A DNA stretch of 64,000 nucleotides from Camelus ferus. Lineage: Eukaryota. The translations under genes and the position numbers were made by a program. The stretch lies in assembly GCF_009834535.1 (NCBI RefSeq), contig NC_045697.1, positions 118,174,001-118,238,000 on the forward strand, read 5' to 3'. Shown here piece by piece: positions 38,520 through 52,204 of this stretch. The notes under the pieces are model-generated. The model had not been told where the DNA came from, ran no database searches, and was given only the letters and a program-made list of their open reading frames with translations. Numbering within the stretch: the stretch's first letter is position 1; the number at the start of each line of letters is the position of its first letter.

Positions 38520-39300
38520 CTTGAGTTAAATACGAGAGGCAATAACTAATGGAATGATCTTTCTGAGTGAGCATGAAAGGCTGAGTTCCAAAACACAACT
38601 GAGAGATTTTGCCTTAGGAAAAAGAAAGACTTGCATTCCGTGGTAGCCATGGGGAAAGAAAGGATAAATGCAGGTAAATATACAACAAGGTTTAAAAGTT
38701 TAGAGGAAAGTAGAGGAAATTCACACCAACTGCTTAGAGAACTCTATGGAGAGTTGACTGTGTTAAGAGTGTGAGTGGACCTTGCTGTTGAAGGTCAACT
38801 AGAGACCATGAAGTTAGGGTGGCACTAACAAAAACAGATGGAGATAAATCAGATAACTTGATTCATCCAAAATTAGAAGTTTCCTAAGCAGCTCAATGGT
38901 AAGGTAAAGGAAAAATGGGTTTGAGAATAATACCAAGAGGAAAAAAACATTGTACAATGAAATTAGAGCTGGGAGACAGAGAACTGCATGTAAAAGGAGG
39001 AGAAAGAGATGAAAAGCAGAAAGATCACAGCTGGTCCCTAGGAGGTCACATCTCAGAGACTGTCGGTATGACTGAGGGTTGACATACATGGTCAGATTAT
39101 AATAAGTTTGAAGTTAATCTTTTGGAAAGCTCACATTTCTGGGTGGTGACAAGACATACGGTGTAGAGCGGCTCGTGTGTTATGAAGGTTAAGGTCCCAG
39201 GGAAAAACAGGTGAGGGAACAGGGAGCATCTTGACTTTGGGGTAAATTTATCAGGTATAGATGAAGTTGTCAAGGATGAGGATTCTATGGTGATAGAGAG
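38520..39300 (-). mobile_element. Probable degraded L2
   Basis: Purine-rich plus strand with L2-like phrases (GAAGTTGTCAAGGATGA, GAGGTCACATCTCAGA); recall only. Confidence 0.4.
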
Positions 39301-40357
39301 CAAGACCCAAACGTGTTTAGTGAAACAGAAAAAGGAAAAGGGATGAAAACCATCTTGTGTTTTTCCATTCTTAAGACATGATTCCTTTCTCAGGGAACCA
39401 AATCTGCTTTTTGCTCTTAAATATTAAAGTGACTCAGAACTAGAAGAGGCCCAGAAGGGGAACCACTGTGGTCGGACGAGCAAAGATGTGCTGAGAAACC
39501 AAAGTATTGAGAAACGCTATCTTGCGAAGAACTTCACACTTGGACGAAGAAATTGGATTTCTCTTAGGTGTAAGTGGATACTTCAGATGAGTGGATATTT
39601 ATTTTTCTGTACAGAGGACTTTTATAACACTTCCCACAAGGATTTATCACTGCTTCATACTTGCTTTAACAGCTATACAAAGGCGATGGAATGATTTGCT
39701 GGAGAGCTTACATGCAGTGCAAATTACCAAGCAGCTGACCATTTTGATGTTCAAAGAGAATATATGAAATTTTTGGTCCAAAAAGCAGAGTGGGAAGTTC
39801 TGGAAACTAATACATGAATGTATTCCTTCTGAAGATCCCACACACCGTAATTAAGCAGAAAATCATTATTCTCACATAACTTCTATATTATAGACCAGAG
39901 TCTGATTGCTTTTCTTTCTTTTTTTTAATGAAGTATAGTCAGTTACAATGTGTCAATTTCTGGTGTACAATTTCTTTTTAAAGATTGTTTGATTCAACTA
40001 TTTTTTCTGTGAAAATTTTAAATAAAAATGATTTTCATGTGATAATAACTGTGAATATGTGAATGAATCAGTCACTGGGGCCGATTAAACACACACACAC
40101 AGTGATGGTCTGATGAGTGCATAATAAAGCTTTGTAGATAAATAATAGTAAACACAAATTAAGGAATCTCTCAAGAGATCAAGGGAAGAGCGTGGTAAAA
40201 AGAGGTTGATGGGTGGGAGAGCGATAAAGGGAAGAGATATAAAGGAAGATTAAGGATTATAATAGAAGATGTGAACTGTAAAATCATCTTTATAGTCTTG
40301 CATTCTCTGTGCCTTTGATTCATACAGTCTATGGAGTAGAAACTTTTTGTCTGCTTT

Positions 40358-40648
40358 TTAATTTTTTTTTATTGATGTATAGTTGATTTACAATGTTTCA
40401 GGTGTACAGCAAAATGATTTAGTTGCATATATATGTATATATATATACACATTTGTGTATATATATGTGTATATATATATATACACACATTTGTGTATAT
40501 ATATGTGTGTATATATATATACACATTTGTATATATATATACACACACACATATATATTATTTACCAGACTCTTTCCCATTGTAAGTTATCACTAGATAT
40601 TGAATACTGTTTCCTGTGCTATACGGTAAGTCTTTGTTTATCTATTTA
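40358..40648 (-). mobile_element. L1 3'UTR with expanded internal TA/CA repeat
   Basis: TTATTGATGTATAGTTGATTTACAATGTTTCAGGTGTACAGC...TGTTTCCTGTGCTATACGGTAAGTC. Confidence 0.85.
40427..40558. repeat. Compound (TA)/(TG)/(CA) minisatellite
   Basis: Three units built on TATATACACATTTGT(G)TATATATA. Confidence 0.9.
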
Positions 40649-41116
40649 GGAGCAGGAATTTAATGTTGTATCTCTCGTTTCTTTTATGAATATTGCTTAT
40701 TTGAAAATTCAGATGTGGTAACTTATGTCTGTTACATGAAATTTGCACAAAGAGCAGACTAGAAGAAAATATACCAATATTTAAAAGTTAAAGAAGACTT
40801 TAAATTCTTTTTAATATGTATTATATATTAACATTTTCTACAATTATGGATGCATTGTTTTTCCAGATATTATGAATGAGAAAATCCACTTCTATAGGCT
40901 GTGATGCACCTACCAAGGGCAGCAAAATGCTGGACTAATGGAAGTCATTTATCATTTTTATGTATTTTAAATGAACTTTGTAACAGCAGAATTTGACTTT
41001 GATTATGTGGAATGGTAGGGTGAAATGCTCGAGTGGTCGTAGAAATCTTATAAATGACTGTCCAGAAATCATTGTGATCATATTTTGAGAGAAGACAATT
41101 ATTTAACACATTCCAG

Positions 41117-41190
41117 TATCTATATATCTATATCTTTATCTGTCTGTCTGTCTGCCTGCCTGCCTGTCTATCTATCTTTCTATCTTTCTC
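41117..41190. repeat. Compound tetranucleotide repeat (TCTA/TCTG/CCTG/TCTT)
   Basis: Seen directly in the sequence. Confidence 0.85.
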
Positions 41191-42299
41191 TCCATCCAAC
41201 TCTTTGCTCTATGAATTCCTTCCAAACACAAAATCATGTTTAAGTAGAAAATTGAAATTCTATACAAAATAAATGTTCTTTTGGTAGTGAGAATTTTTCA
41301 TCTTACTGACAATCCAAGTTACCCATTTTATTACATTTGAAATGTTGAAATATTGAAACATGTAAAATATCTCATTATTATAATATCTTTAAAAACTGAT
41401 TAAGTATTTAAGAGAGGAAAAAAACCTGAAACTCATCTCTTAATTATATATTAAAACTTCATTTTGAATTTCTTTTTGTGTCCATAATAACTTTCAAGCT
41501 TTAAAAAAATTACTAGGACTTTAAATGTTATCATTATTCATTTACTTAAAAATGAAGTCTTGAAATATATAAACTCAACAGTTATGATGTGATTCATTTT
41601 GTTAATTTTACTAAATATTCCTAGATTAGCTCTCTTCTGATATATATTTTTTCAATTCTTGTCTTTAACTTTCCCAATTACACACATTTTTTTAATTTAA
41701 ATATTAGCCCTAGAACTTCTAAAGTGAAAATACATCCTTTGGACACTGCATACCATTGTAAAAAGTGAGTTATACTTTTTACCTGATTATTTTATAATCT
41801 AATCCCACGGGTTCAAATTCCGTTGCATGTAGTCTAGGTAACTTTAAGACCCATTTACTACACCTTTTAAATAACAGATCACTTTCCTCACTTTATATTT
41901 TGTTTTCTTTTCGGTTGTTCATTTTCTCAGAATGTTATGACCTTTTTGTACTAACAACCTGACAATATAAACTTCTCAGCTTGATCTACTGTATGGGGAT
42001 AAATTTAGTCCCAGTAAAAACTATTTTTCTTCTGACTACTCTAATACCCACTTCTACTTTGTGAATGACACCTCTATGAACAGTGAAAGGACATTTCAAC
42101 GTCTCATTGAGTGATTATTTAGTTTAGTTGGCTACACATATAAGAACCGAGTGTTGACTTGGCTATTTGAACTTAAATACACAATTTTCCTTCTATTCTC
42201 TTCATAAAAGTAACAATGCATTTTTGGACAAGTCTAGACATGTTGTTTTATGTATTATTAGCATGCACTGTGTACACAAAAATCAAAACGAAAATTGTA

Positions 42300-42496
42300 C
42301 AAACTACTACATGTAAAAGAGATAAACAATAAGGACCTACTGCACAATGCAGGGAACTATATTCAGTATCTTATAATAGCCTATAATGGAAAATAATGTG
42401 AAAACGATTGTGTGTGTATATATATATGACTGAATCACTATAATGCACACCAGAAACTAACACAAAATTATAAACTATACTTCAGTTTTCAAAAAA
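42300..42496 (+). mobile_element. L1 3'UTR fragment (artiodactyl-type)
   Basis: GATAAACAATAAGGACCTACTG...GGGAACTATATTCAGTATCTT...CACCAGAAACTAACACA. Confidence 0.82.
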
Positions 42497-42744
42497 GCTA
42501 TACTCAAAAATTGTCAAGAAGTTAAAAAGAGAATCATTTACCAAAATAGCTGCCCAAAAAAACAAAATTGTACCTTCCATGTAATGACTGATGTCACCAA
42601 TGACAGTAGGCTATGTTTAAGTCTATGCCTTATATCCCTGTGTATGTAATTAACATATGCAAAAATTGCCTAAAATGACATATTTGAATATACTAAAAAC
42701 CACTGAATTGTACATATTAAATAGGTCAATTGTATATATAACTA

Positions 42745-43545
42745 AATATGCAGTGGAGAAAAAGTCTCTTCAATAAATTGTATTGGGAAAACTGGATGGC
42801 TAAATGCCAAAAAAAAAAAAAAAAGAAACTAAACCAATCTATTACACCATTAACAAAAAATACTCAAAATGAACAATTAAAGACTCAAATGTAAGACCAA
42901 AACCATACAATCCCTAGAAGAGAACATAAGCAGTAAGCTCTCTGACATCATTCCTAGCAATATTTTGGGAGGAATCTGTCTTCTCAAGCAAGGGTAATAA
43001 ATGCAAAAATAAACCATTAGGACTATGTCAAATTAAAAATCTTTCACACAATGAAGAAAACCATCAGCAACATTTTTAAAAGCCTACTTATGAGCAAAGA
43101 TATTTGCAAAGTATATTTGATAAGAGGTTAATATCCAAAATGCATAAAGAACCCATACAGTTCAATATCTGAAAAATAAACGGTCCAATTAAAAAGTGGG
43201 CAGAAGACCTGAATAGATATTCTTCCAAAGAGGCATAGAGATGTCCAACAGGTACATGAAAAGATGTTCAACATCACTGATCATCTGAGAAATGCAGATC
43301 AAAACTATCACGGGATACCACCACACACCTGTCACAATGGCCGTCATCAAAAAGTCTACAAACAAGTGTTGGGGAGGGCGTGGAGAAAGGGGAACCTCCT
43401 GCACTGTTGATGGCAATGTAAATTGGTAAAATCACTGTGGAAAACAGTATGGAGCCTCCTCAGGAAATTAAAAATAAAACCACCGTATGATCCAGCAATT
43501 AATTTCACTTCTGGGAGTGTATCCAAAGTAAACAAAGAACTAACA
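42745..43545 (+). mobile_element. L1 ORF2 3' part, degraded
   Basis: GAAAAAGTCTCTTCAATAAATTGTATTGGGAAAACTGG...CAAGTGTTGGGGAGGGCGTGGAGAAAGGGGAACCT...GATCCAGCAAT; typical ORF2 nucleotide motifs. Confidence 0.85.
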
Positions 43546-45289
43546 AGGTAAATTATTTCTAAGCATAAATATTATTTACTCCATAAATAGACTAATATTC
43601 CTAAATTTAACCCTAGGGCTTAAAATTTTTTATTTTAGCTCTGCAGTTTTAAGGGTGCAAATATATACATATATATATATATATATAAAATCTCTTACCC
43701 AAGAGCCTGGTGCTCCCCAGTTTAAGTGTGGGAAAATACAGTATAGAAAGCCTTTCTGCACAAGAGAACATTACATCTGTGCATTGTTTGAAAAAAATCA
43801 AAACTCCTGCAAAATACGTGTCTCTTAAATATTATTCAGCTTACTGGAAGTCTGTAAAGGAGTTTTGGAGAACTCTCGGGCCCAGCGGGTTCTTCCATTG
43901 CTGTGGGGCAGCACCTTGCTTCTTAATCATTTTCAAGACAATGGTCACAGCTGAAACCCCTTACTTGCTGCCTCCCCCGTATCTGGTGTGTCCTCTCCCC
44001 ACTGAATCGTAACAGGAGGGTCCTCCCATCGGCCTCCTTGGAAGTACCATCATTTTATTTTCTCTTATAGTGTTATAAAAACAGGAAAAACACGCAAACC
44101 ACTCTTCCGGGGGCAGAGAGAAAACACCCCTCCAAGCCATTTTGTGTGCCCCCTTTCTCACTTAAGCTCTGCACCCTCCCCAGCCCTGGGCCAATTCTCG
44201 GAGACTCTAAGGTATCTCCTCTGTGTGTCTCATCCAATCCGCTGTCTGACCCAGGACTAAAATTAGGCTCATGCTATTTCAAGCATGGGAGGTCGATAAG
44301 TGTGCTTGTTTCTCTCAAAGTTTAGAAAACAAAAATTCAGACTCCATCTTTTCATGTCACTGCACAGCAAATATTTACTAGTCTTTTTATTCTTTTTCCT
44401 TGCCACATTTTCATGTTAATATCACTGCTGGGAAGTTTTCCAGAAGCTCACTGAAATACAGGAAAAATCCTAAAGAACAAGAAAAATAATAAACTCCACT
44501 TTCCTCTAGATTACTATGACATATGACTTTTTGTATACATGTGTGGAGTAAAGTCTTTCTTATGCATTTAATGTCAACATGTAATGCTAAAAAATAAACA
44601 AGCAAACAGAGGAGCAAAGATGTCGACTGAATATTTTAATGTTGCTCACATCTTTTTTCTTTTTATCCTAAGCTTCCTTGGGAAAGTAAATCAAATTTGG
44701 AGGCATCTATGCCATAGATTTATTACTCTGGGTTGCTCTAATCTTTCCTTGGTTAAAAATAACTTAGACAGCTCATTAATTATGAGGACTAATTTTTTCC
44801 TGTTGACTTAGAGGATCACAGTAACACTCATTCTTTTTAAGTTTGCGTTGTCCTGACTTGATGTACAGGTTGGTCCATAACCCAACCAGGCAGGATCTCC
44901 CAGAGACACACTCAAGTCTTTCCCCATGTTTTAGCATCGTGGTACTGGGCATCCTTCCAGCTTTCTGGACAGAATTCTCACAATCCCTTTCCCTTAATTC
45001 TCTGCCAAAGATTTTCATTAATATCACAGACCATTAGTCTCACATGAGTAAATGACTATATTGACAGTAGAGAAATGCTCCGCAAATAATGTCTCTGGGT
45101 CTTTAAGAAGGTTGACAGGCTCCCAAAATCCCCTTTCACATGTGAAAGGTGTTTTTCTCTACTGGTATTTCTGAGATAAATCAGAGGATGGTTACATTCT
45201 GTTGTTTTAGCTTTTCTTCTGCACTTACACAACGTCACATTTTATATAACAGGTATCATTACTACCCGAGCCCCCAAGTTGGCCGGTCC

Positions 45290-45382
45290 TTACAAATAAA
45301 GGGTGTGGCTTTGTTTCAGTAAAACATCACAGAAACAGCAGGGTCCAGAGTTGGCCCACAGGTCACACTTTGCCTGTTCCTG
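45290..45382 (+). mobile_element. MER58A-like hAT MITE half
   Basis: GGGTGTGGCTTTGTTTCAGTAAAAC...GTTGGCCCACAGGTCACACTTTGCCTGTTCCTG. Confidence 0.55.
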
Positions 45383-45914
45383 AGAAATACGAAATTTTCT
45401 GCTGGGTGTTAGAGGTCAAACAATAAGTGAGATGTTTCTAATCTCAAAACATTCACAAACCAGTGACAAAACACGAAGATAACTCACCATATAAAACATC
45501 TTATAAGAGGTGTTAAATGAATGAGAATGTCAGAGGCCAGAATTAATAATTGAGGTAACATAACGAGGTAATTAATAATTTGGTAGAACATTTTAAATTG
45601 GGAAATAAGAAAAACATATTGTTACTGTTGTTTAACCACTATTGCTGTCCACATTTAATACTCAAAATTTGAATTCATTTTAATTAAATTTATTCATTTA
45701 AATTTATTAAAAAACAAAAAGCAAGATTTTTTTGTACATCATAACTCATTTTTATTTTATTTTTAGGAATCTGTATTATGGTATAATTTCTATACAGTAA
45801 ACTACACATATTTCAGGTGTAGAATTTGATGAATTTTGATAGATGTCTACACCCATGAAACCACCACCACAATCAAGATAGCCGCTAGCATTTCCATCAC
45901 TCCCCAAGAGATGC

Positions 45915-46545
45915 AAATTTTAAATTCCTAATTTATGCCTTGCCACTCCCACACTTCCCCTGGTAGCCATAAGTTTATCTTCCACGTCTGTGAGTCTGAT
46001 TCTGTTTTGTGGATAAGTTCGTTTGTGTCCTTTTTTTTTTAGATTCCACATAAAGTGATATCATACGGTATTTTTGTTACTCTGTCTGGCTTATTTCACT
46101 TAGAATGATGATCTCCAGGTACATCCATGTTGCTGCAGATGACATTATTTTATTCTTTTTTATGGCTGAGTAGCATTCCATTGTATACCACAACTTCTTT
46201 ATCCAGTCATCTGTCGATGGACATTTAGGTTGCTTCCATGGCTTGGCTATTGCAAACAGTGCAGCTATGAACACTAGGGTGCATGTATCTTTTTGAATTA
46301 TATTTTCCTCTGGATATATGCCCAGGAGTGGGATTGCTGGATCATATGGTAAGTCTATTTTTGGTTTTTTAAGGAATCTTCATACTGTTTTCCATAGTGG
46401 CTGCACCAAACTAGACTCCCACCAACAGTGTAAGAGGGGTCCTTTTTCTCCACACCTTCTCCAGCATTTATTGTTTGTGGACATTTTTATGATGGCCATT
46501 CTGACTGATGGGAGGTAGTACGTCACTATAGTTTTGATTTGCAAA
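45915..46545 (-). mobile_element. L1 ORF2 C-terminus/3'UTR fragment
   Basis: ORFs 46380-46568 ([19 protein letters not shown]) and 46077-46274 (FIAALFAIAKPWKQPKCPSTDDWIKK). Confidence 0.9.
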
Positions 46546-47802
46546 AGTGTAAAAGGTATGAAAAGCACAGAAGAGTCTATTTTGAAACAATTACCAATGT
46601 TAGTGCCAAGGAAAATAAATAACCAAAAAGTATAGCTCTAAGATAGAAACATGGTTACCGAGATCAGTCCAAAACTATGAATAGACAAATAAAATAGTAA
46701 ACAGACTTGCTATTTGAAATAAGTGATGCTTAAATCACTAATATAACCATGTTTCTATCTTAGAGCTGTACTTTTTATTTATTTATTTTCCTTGGCGCTA
46801 AAATTGATGAGTGTTTCAAAACAGACTCCTGTGCTTTTTACACTTTATACACTCTGGGGACATCTCCTTGTAATGTTTACCAAAACAGAGGCTTTTTTTG
46901 TGGGTTTTTTCCCTGACTAAATTATTTAAGCCTGTCCTGCAAGAAAATAGTCACTCCTCCACAGAGTTTAATGATAGCTCCTAGGTCGTGTCTTCCAAGG
47001 CCAAATAAGTCAGAGAATTAAGATGTTTTTCAGAAAAATTCATGAGCTTTTGCCTAAACTACCCGTGTTCTCCAATATTATGTCCTGAACATTAGCAGTG
47101 GTACTTGAGTTCTGTGCTTCAGCTAGGAGATCTGACCTAAATTTGATGGATAAGCGACAATGAACAAAATATATTTCTAAAAAATTAGTGCAGAATGAAG
47201 TATCCAAAGCACAGTGTATTTTTGGTCTGAAGGGGAGCATGGAGTAGTGTGAGGTCATACGAATTTATTTATACATGGAGAGTAACTGAGACAGAAAACA
47301 AAGATGGGCTTGTCCCCACCTGAGCTCAGGAGGTGTGTATTAACACCTTCACAAATATAAAAAGGGAAAAGGAGAACAGTCTGTTCTTAGTTTGTAACAT
47401 CATGGAGTTGCTTAAGTCTGTACATTATAATAAACTGAGACTAAAATGTCTATTTGTAATAAAATAAAACTGCATTTGTCTTAAAGGATTATTTATGTGT
47501 AAATTACTAAATGCAATGAATATGCTTGACTACCAAAGGGGAGTAAAATTACACTGGAAAACGAATGTGAAGGAAATCATTTATCTGGTCCAGCACAAGT
47601 GTGTCTTTTTCTCAACTGTGTCTATCCCACAAGGGGCTGGGGGGACAAATGGGGGTGTGTCTTCCATGTTCTGTAATGGTGATGTTTTTCATCCATCAGA
47701 GAAGGAAAAATAATTAGGAAATCAAAAAATCTCTCTGAAATGTATAGTTGTAATAAATTTTCACATATCTGAAACACCTCTTTTCTCTAAAGTCTTTTCT
47801 CT

Positions 47803-47804
<2 letters not shown>

Positions 47805-47833
<29 letters not shown>
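47805..47833. repeat. poly(T) tract
   Basis: About 29 consecutive T. Confidence 0.95.
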
Positions 47834-49131
47834 GAGATTTTACACATTTACATGATGGCTAATGAGACGTAGAAACTGTTCATCTGCCCAAGGAGAGCTC
47901 CTGAATGTGAATGAAAAAGAGCCTTAAGGAAAAATCTATTACTTGCAAGTCAGAGCTGAAGAAATTTTAATCATACAGGAACAGAAAAAGAAAACCATTA
48001 TCACTCTCTGGTTATCTTTAATGTTGTGAAGAACTTATTCTTTGATGCACAGTATCTTTCCTTGAACGCATCCACTATAAACATCACAACTTGATTATAT
48101 TTGCCAGAACTAACACCAGTGGCATTTGCTCTTCTCCAAAGAGGAAATTTAACCCCAAATCTGTTCTTTGTCCACAGTTTTCCCAAGGCTCCAGTTACCC
48201 CAGTTTAATACATGCAAGCTCTGGATAAATAATCTGACTTTGTCCTCATGCACTGTGCCTGTTGACTTAGCTACCAGTCTGTCGCTTCATGTAATTGAAT
48301 GGGGTAGTTGACTTTGAAAGTGGACAAGAACACGTCTTTAAGGATTCTAGGCACTGCTTCCAGGGCTAACTGCGTATTTGGCAGGAAGGCACATTTAATT
48401 TGGCTCATAGTTCTTCAATCATTATAAAAATTATTTATAGAATGCCAACAATACATGATTTGCTTCTTTTTTATCCAGAGGGTTACCAGGGCTCTAAAGG
48501 AGAGCACAGAAAAAGGGGGGAAATCAAAACATAGCTCATTTTTTTCTTGTATCAGTTCATAATGTTTTGCTAAAGTACTGAACATCAGTTTAGAGATTCA
48601 GCATGAATTTTCGTCATTAAAAACTGAAGACGTTCCTGAAACAGGAAATTCTCTCATCTCTCTCTCTCCACATTATATTTAAACCACTTAGGGAACTAAG
48701 ATGTTTATGAAAGATGTTTAAGAAATAAAATGATAATTAATTCAGTATTCAGTTACTGAACAAAACTAAAGTAATCTGAAAAATTATTATGGTTTAAAGC
48801 ACTGTGGTCAGTCCAAAGTCATAAAATATTTAGGTACCAATCAGATTGGAGTCCATGAGAAATCTTTGTACATTGGCATGAAGATAACTTAAGCCGTCTA
48901 GTCAAAGCATGTTTGATTTCCTTGGAGACATCTTTGGAAGCAAGTGCATTTGAATTTATACGTAGAGTCATACTGTATTTCCAAACTTGTAGCTATCTCT
49001 AGGAAGGAAAGCTTTAATATTTAATATTTAATATTTGTCACTATTCCACCAAGCTGTAGTCAACAATTGATGCTTAAAAATGACTCTCCCTGTTATAACT
49101 TTAATTAAATATCAAAGAAGCATTAATTCTT

Positions 49132-49255
49132 TTTTTCTGTTTTAATTCTTATTTTTTATTGAAGTGTAGTATTTATAATGTTAGTTTCAGGTGTTCAGCA
49201 AAGCGATTCAGTTATACATATACATACATATGTACATATATTTTCAGATGGAGAA
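49132..49255 (-). mobile_element. Very short L1 3' end
   Basis: 14-bp TSD AAGCATTAATTCTT at 49118-49131 and 49256-49269; TTATTGAAGTGTAG...TTTCAGGTGTTCAGCAAAGCGATTCAG. Confidence 0.88.
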
Positions 49256-49324
49256 AAGCATTAATTCTTGAGTCAACTTATGATTGAATGGAATGATTGA
49301 ATGGCAATATCTCATACTGGGTTG

Positions 49325-49844
49325 TGTTACTGAGTCCAAACTTGTTCTGCTCACCACACAACAGGCCAATAAATCGGGAGATGAGGTGTTGGGGCAAGGA
49401 ATAGTGACTTTATTCGGAAAGCCAGCAGCCAGAGAGGATGGCAGACTACCGTCTGGAGAACCATCCTACTCAAATCAGAATTCATGCTCCTTTTATACTA
49501 AAAAGGAGTGGGGGAGTGGTCGGTTGTTGCAAACTTCTTGGTGTAGGAATCCTTTGTTCTTGCAGCTGTCCATGTGGGTCAGATCATGGTGTCCCTGTAA
49601 ACCTCCAACAAAACAAATGTTATTTTCCATTCTGCAACTTGTTATCTTTATATAAGTGCAAAAGTGTTAATATCCTTAAAGGTCAGAGCCTTGAGAATAG
49701 GCTCTCCTGCATATTTCAGGCTAAAGGCAACATTGTTTTACAAAAGGTGCAGAGCCAGCAAGACTAAGCCTAGAACCCAGGGCACAGGCGCAAAGCCAAA
49801 GGAACAGATCTAATGTGGCGTCCGATTTATTCTTTTCTATTACA
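49325..49844 (-). mobile_element. ERV1 solo LTR, MER41-like (cetartiodactyl type)
   Basis: TG...CA termini, 520 bp, 4-bp TSD GTTG (49321-49324 and 49845-49848); minus-strand TATAAAA (~49491) and AATAAA (~49409); resembles recalled MER41_BT consensus. Confidence 0.85.
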
Positions 49845-50224
49845 GTTGCACAATGTGTTCTGATTAGTTTGCAGACAATTTCAATCATCATGATGTAACA
49901 AAGATACTTTAGTCACAGCCGGATCATCATAGCGGCACATCCAGTTTCTCAGAGACACTTAGGATATTCTTTTCCCACTTCTTTTCTCAGAAGAACACAG
50001 ACCTCTTTGGAAGTTTAAGTATATACATTTTTGTTTAAGAAAAACAATTAGAAACACATAATTATCCCAGAAAAGTAGATATATATTGGAGGGGGAAATA
50101 AAGGGCAAATATTATATAGAAGTTTATGTCACTGGATTGGTCTCTTGAATAATTTTATTTTCTTTCTCTTAGCAAAATATCAGTTTATCATACATTAATG
50201 GAACCCCTACTAAATGCAAGAAGT

Positions 50225-50425
50225 TTTATTATAAGAACACTGGATTTGAAGTCAGAGACACGATACTTAGAGCTGTCACTCGTTAATTTCGCTCTCTTGA
50301 GAAAATCTCATCATAGTTTCACTTTCTTCATCTATATAGTGCACATAGTGTTAATTCTTAACCCTGTAATCAACATCAGTGAAAACAATGTAGATCAAGA
50401 CATTTGTAAAGCATAAATTGCTAAT
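50225..50425 (+). mobile_element. MIR SINE
   Basis: AAGAACACTGGATTTGAAGTCAGAGAC...TTTCTTCATCTATA. Confidence 0.55.
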
Positions 50426-50559
50426 TACATTGCTAGCTCATTCAAGGTAAATTCAAATAAAAAGCACGCCGCACTGGGGCCGTCATTATCTAAAAGACTG
50501 TTAAACATCACTGTTACCCAAATCCCTGTTACTCTAGTTATAATAATTGGCCTTCTGTA

Positions 50560-52130
50560 GCTTCAATATACATACATTTTAAATCTTTTTTCTATGGTAT
50601 ATAGTACACTTGAAAAAGCATCTGATTTAATCAACGAGTATAGATTGCAATGTTATTTACTTTACCAAAGTATTGACAGATTTAAATAATTATTACTTCC
50701 AGTTGGGGGCTATTTTGAATAATGTTGCAATAAATATTTTTGTACGTGTTTCCCAGGGACCTGATTGTCTCAGGTACATTCCTAGCAATAGAATTGCTGG
50801 GTCATAGGCAAGGGGTGTCTACTTGCTTAGAATGTATGATTTATTTCTCTACTTTCCATGAGTATGCTATGAATCTCTGCACCATTGTAAATTAATTGTT
50901 TATTGATGAATCTGTCTTCCTTGATCATTTTGTGGACTAGAATGCGGTAACCATCTTCCAGTATTTTAATAAAGTTATTATTGAGTTTTCTAATTCTGCA
51001 TTGATTTTTTTTAGCTCAAAATGCATTATTATTTTTGTTTGTACAGACATAGTTTACTTAGATTTATCAGCATGTTTACCCCTTTTTTAAAATCTTTGTT
51101 CCTTCTTCCTTCTCAAAACTCTCCGGAATCATTTGCTTCCTGCCAGAGGCCTACTAGTAGCATGTTTTTTGCTTGAAAATGAGTTCATAATATTCCCATT
51201 ACTAAAACTTTTTTTGCTGGATGCAGACTTCCACAACCCCAGTCCTCACCCCCTTTTCTGCACATCGACTGTCAGCTCACAGTAGCTGCTATTGAAAAGA
51301 TGGCTGTCAGTTTTACACCTTTATGACATAATCTTTTGTCATTTGGTTACTTTTACTAATTTCTTCTTATTTTTGACATTTTAATACATTTCCCTAAGTG
51401 GTGTCTAAATCATGTAAGCTGGAAAAAATTATTCTAAAAGGAATTTGTTAGGTTTCCCAAATTGGTATTTTTAATCAATACAGGAAAAATTTCATTCACA
51501 AGCTCTTTAAATATTGGCTCTCTTCTCCACCTCAGTCCTGAGTAAACATATGTCAGAACTCACTGTATCCCCCTTCACGTGAAATTTCCACATCTAAATA
51601 AATCTAGGGATGTAACTTTGTGATCCACTCCACATAATTTAATTTGACCATGTTTATGGTTCACTATTGCTGTCTTCAGCTGTGTCTAATCTGATGCGAA
51701 CCCTGCTCATTAAGCTTTTGATTTTTGTTTTTGAGTGCTACTGATGTCTAAAAATTCTTTCTGATTTTTAAGAAATCTATAAGGTGATCTTTAAATTTTT
51801 TTGTCCGCTGAGATATTGTCAAGCTTACTTATAATTCCTGAAACATTGCAAATATGGTAATTTTATCATCTACTTCTGATAATTCCAAATATCTGAAGTC
51901 TGAGTCAGTTTCTGCTGTGTTATATTTTGCTGATTTTGGCTGATGTTACCTTCTTTCTGTAAAAGTTTAGATAATTCTGTCACCTCGTCTTGTTGTTGAA
52001 AAATCATTTTCATAGATTCTAGGAAGCCTAGGGAAAAACTACCTTCTGTTAGCAGGAGTTTATGTTTGCTTCCATCAAGTCGAGACCACCACGAACCAAG
52101 ACTGAGACCTGAAGTTGCGTGTACCACACA
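50560..52130 (-). mobile_element. Ancient HAL1/L1ME-like element (ORF1 region next to a 3' end)
   Basis: Reverse ORF1-like phrases (TGCTATTGAAAAGATGGCTGTCAGT, GGAAAAATTTCATTCACAAGCTCTTTAAATATT, CTTCAGCTGTGTCTAATCTG) adjoining an L1ME-type 3' piece at 50560-50830. Confidence 0.55.
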
Positions 52131-52204
52131 CTGAACCTGAGCTATGAAAGTGTGCAACGCTGGACACTATGCAAACCCATGACCAATTCTCAGTTATGTG
52201 TTCA

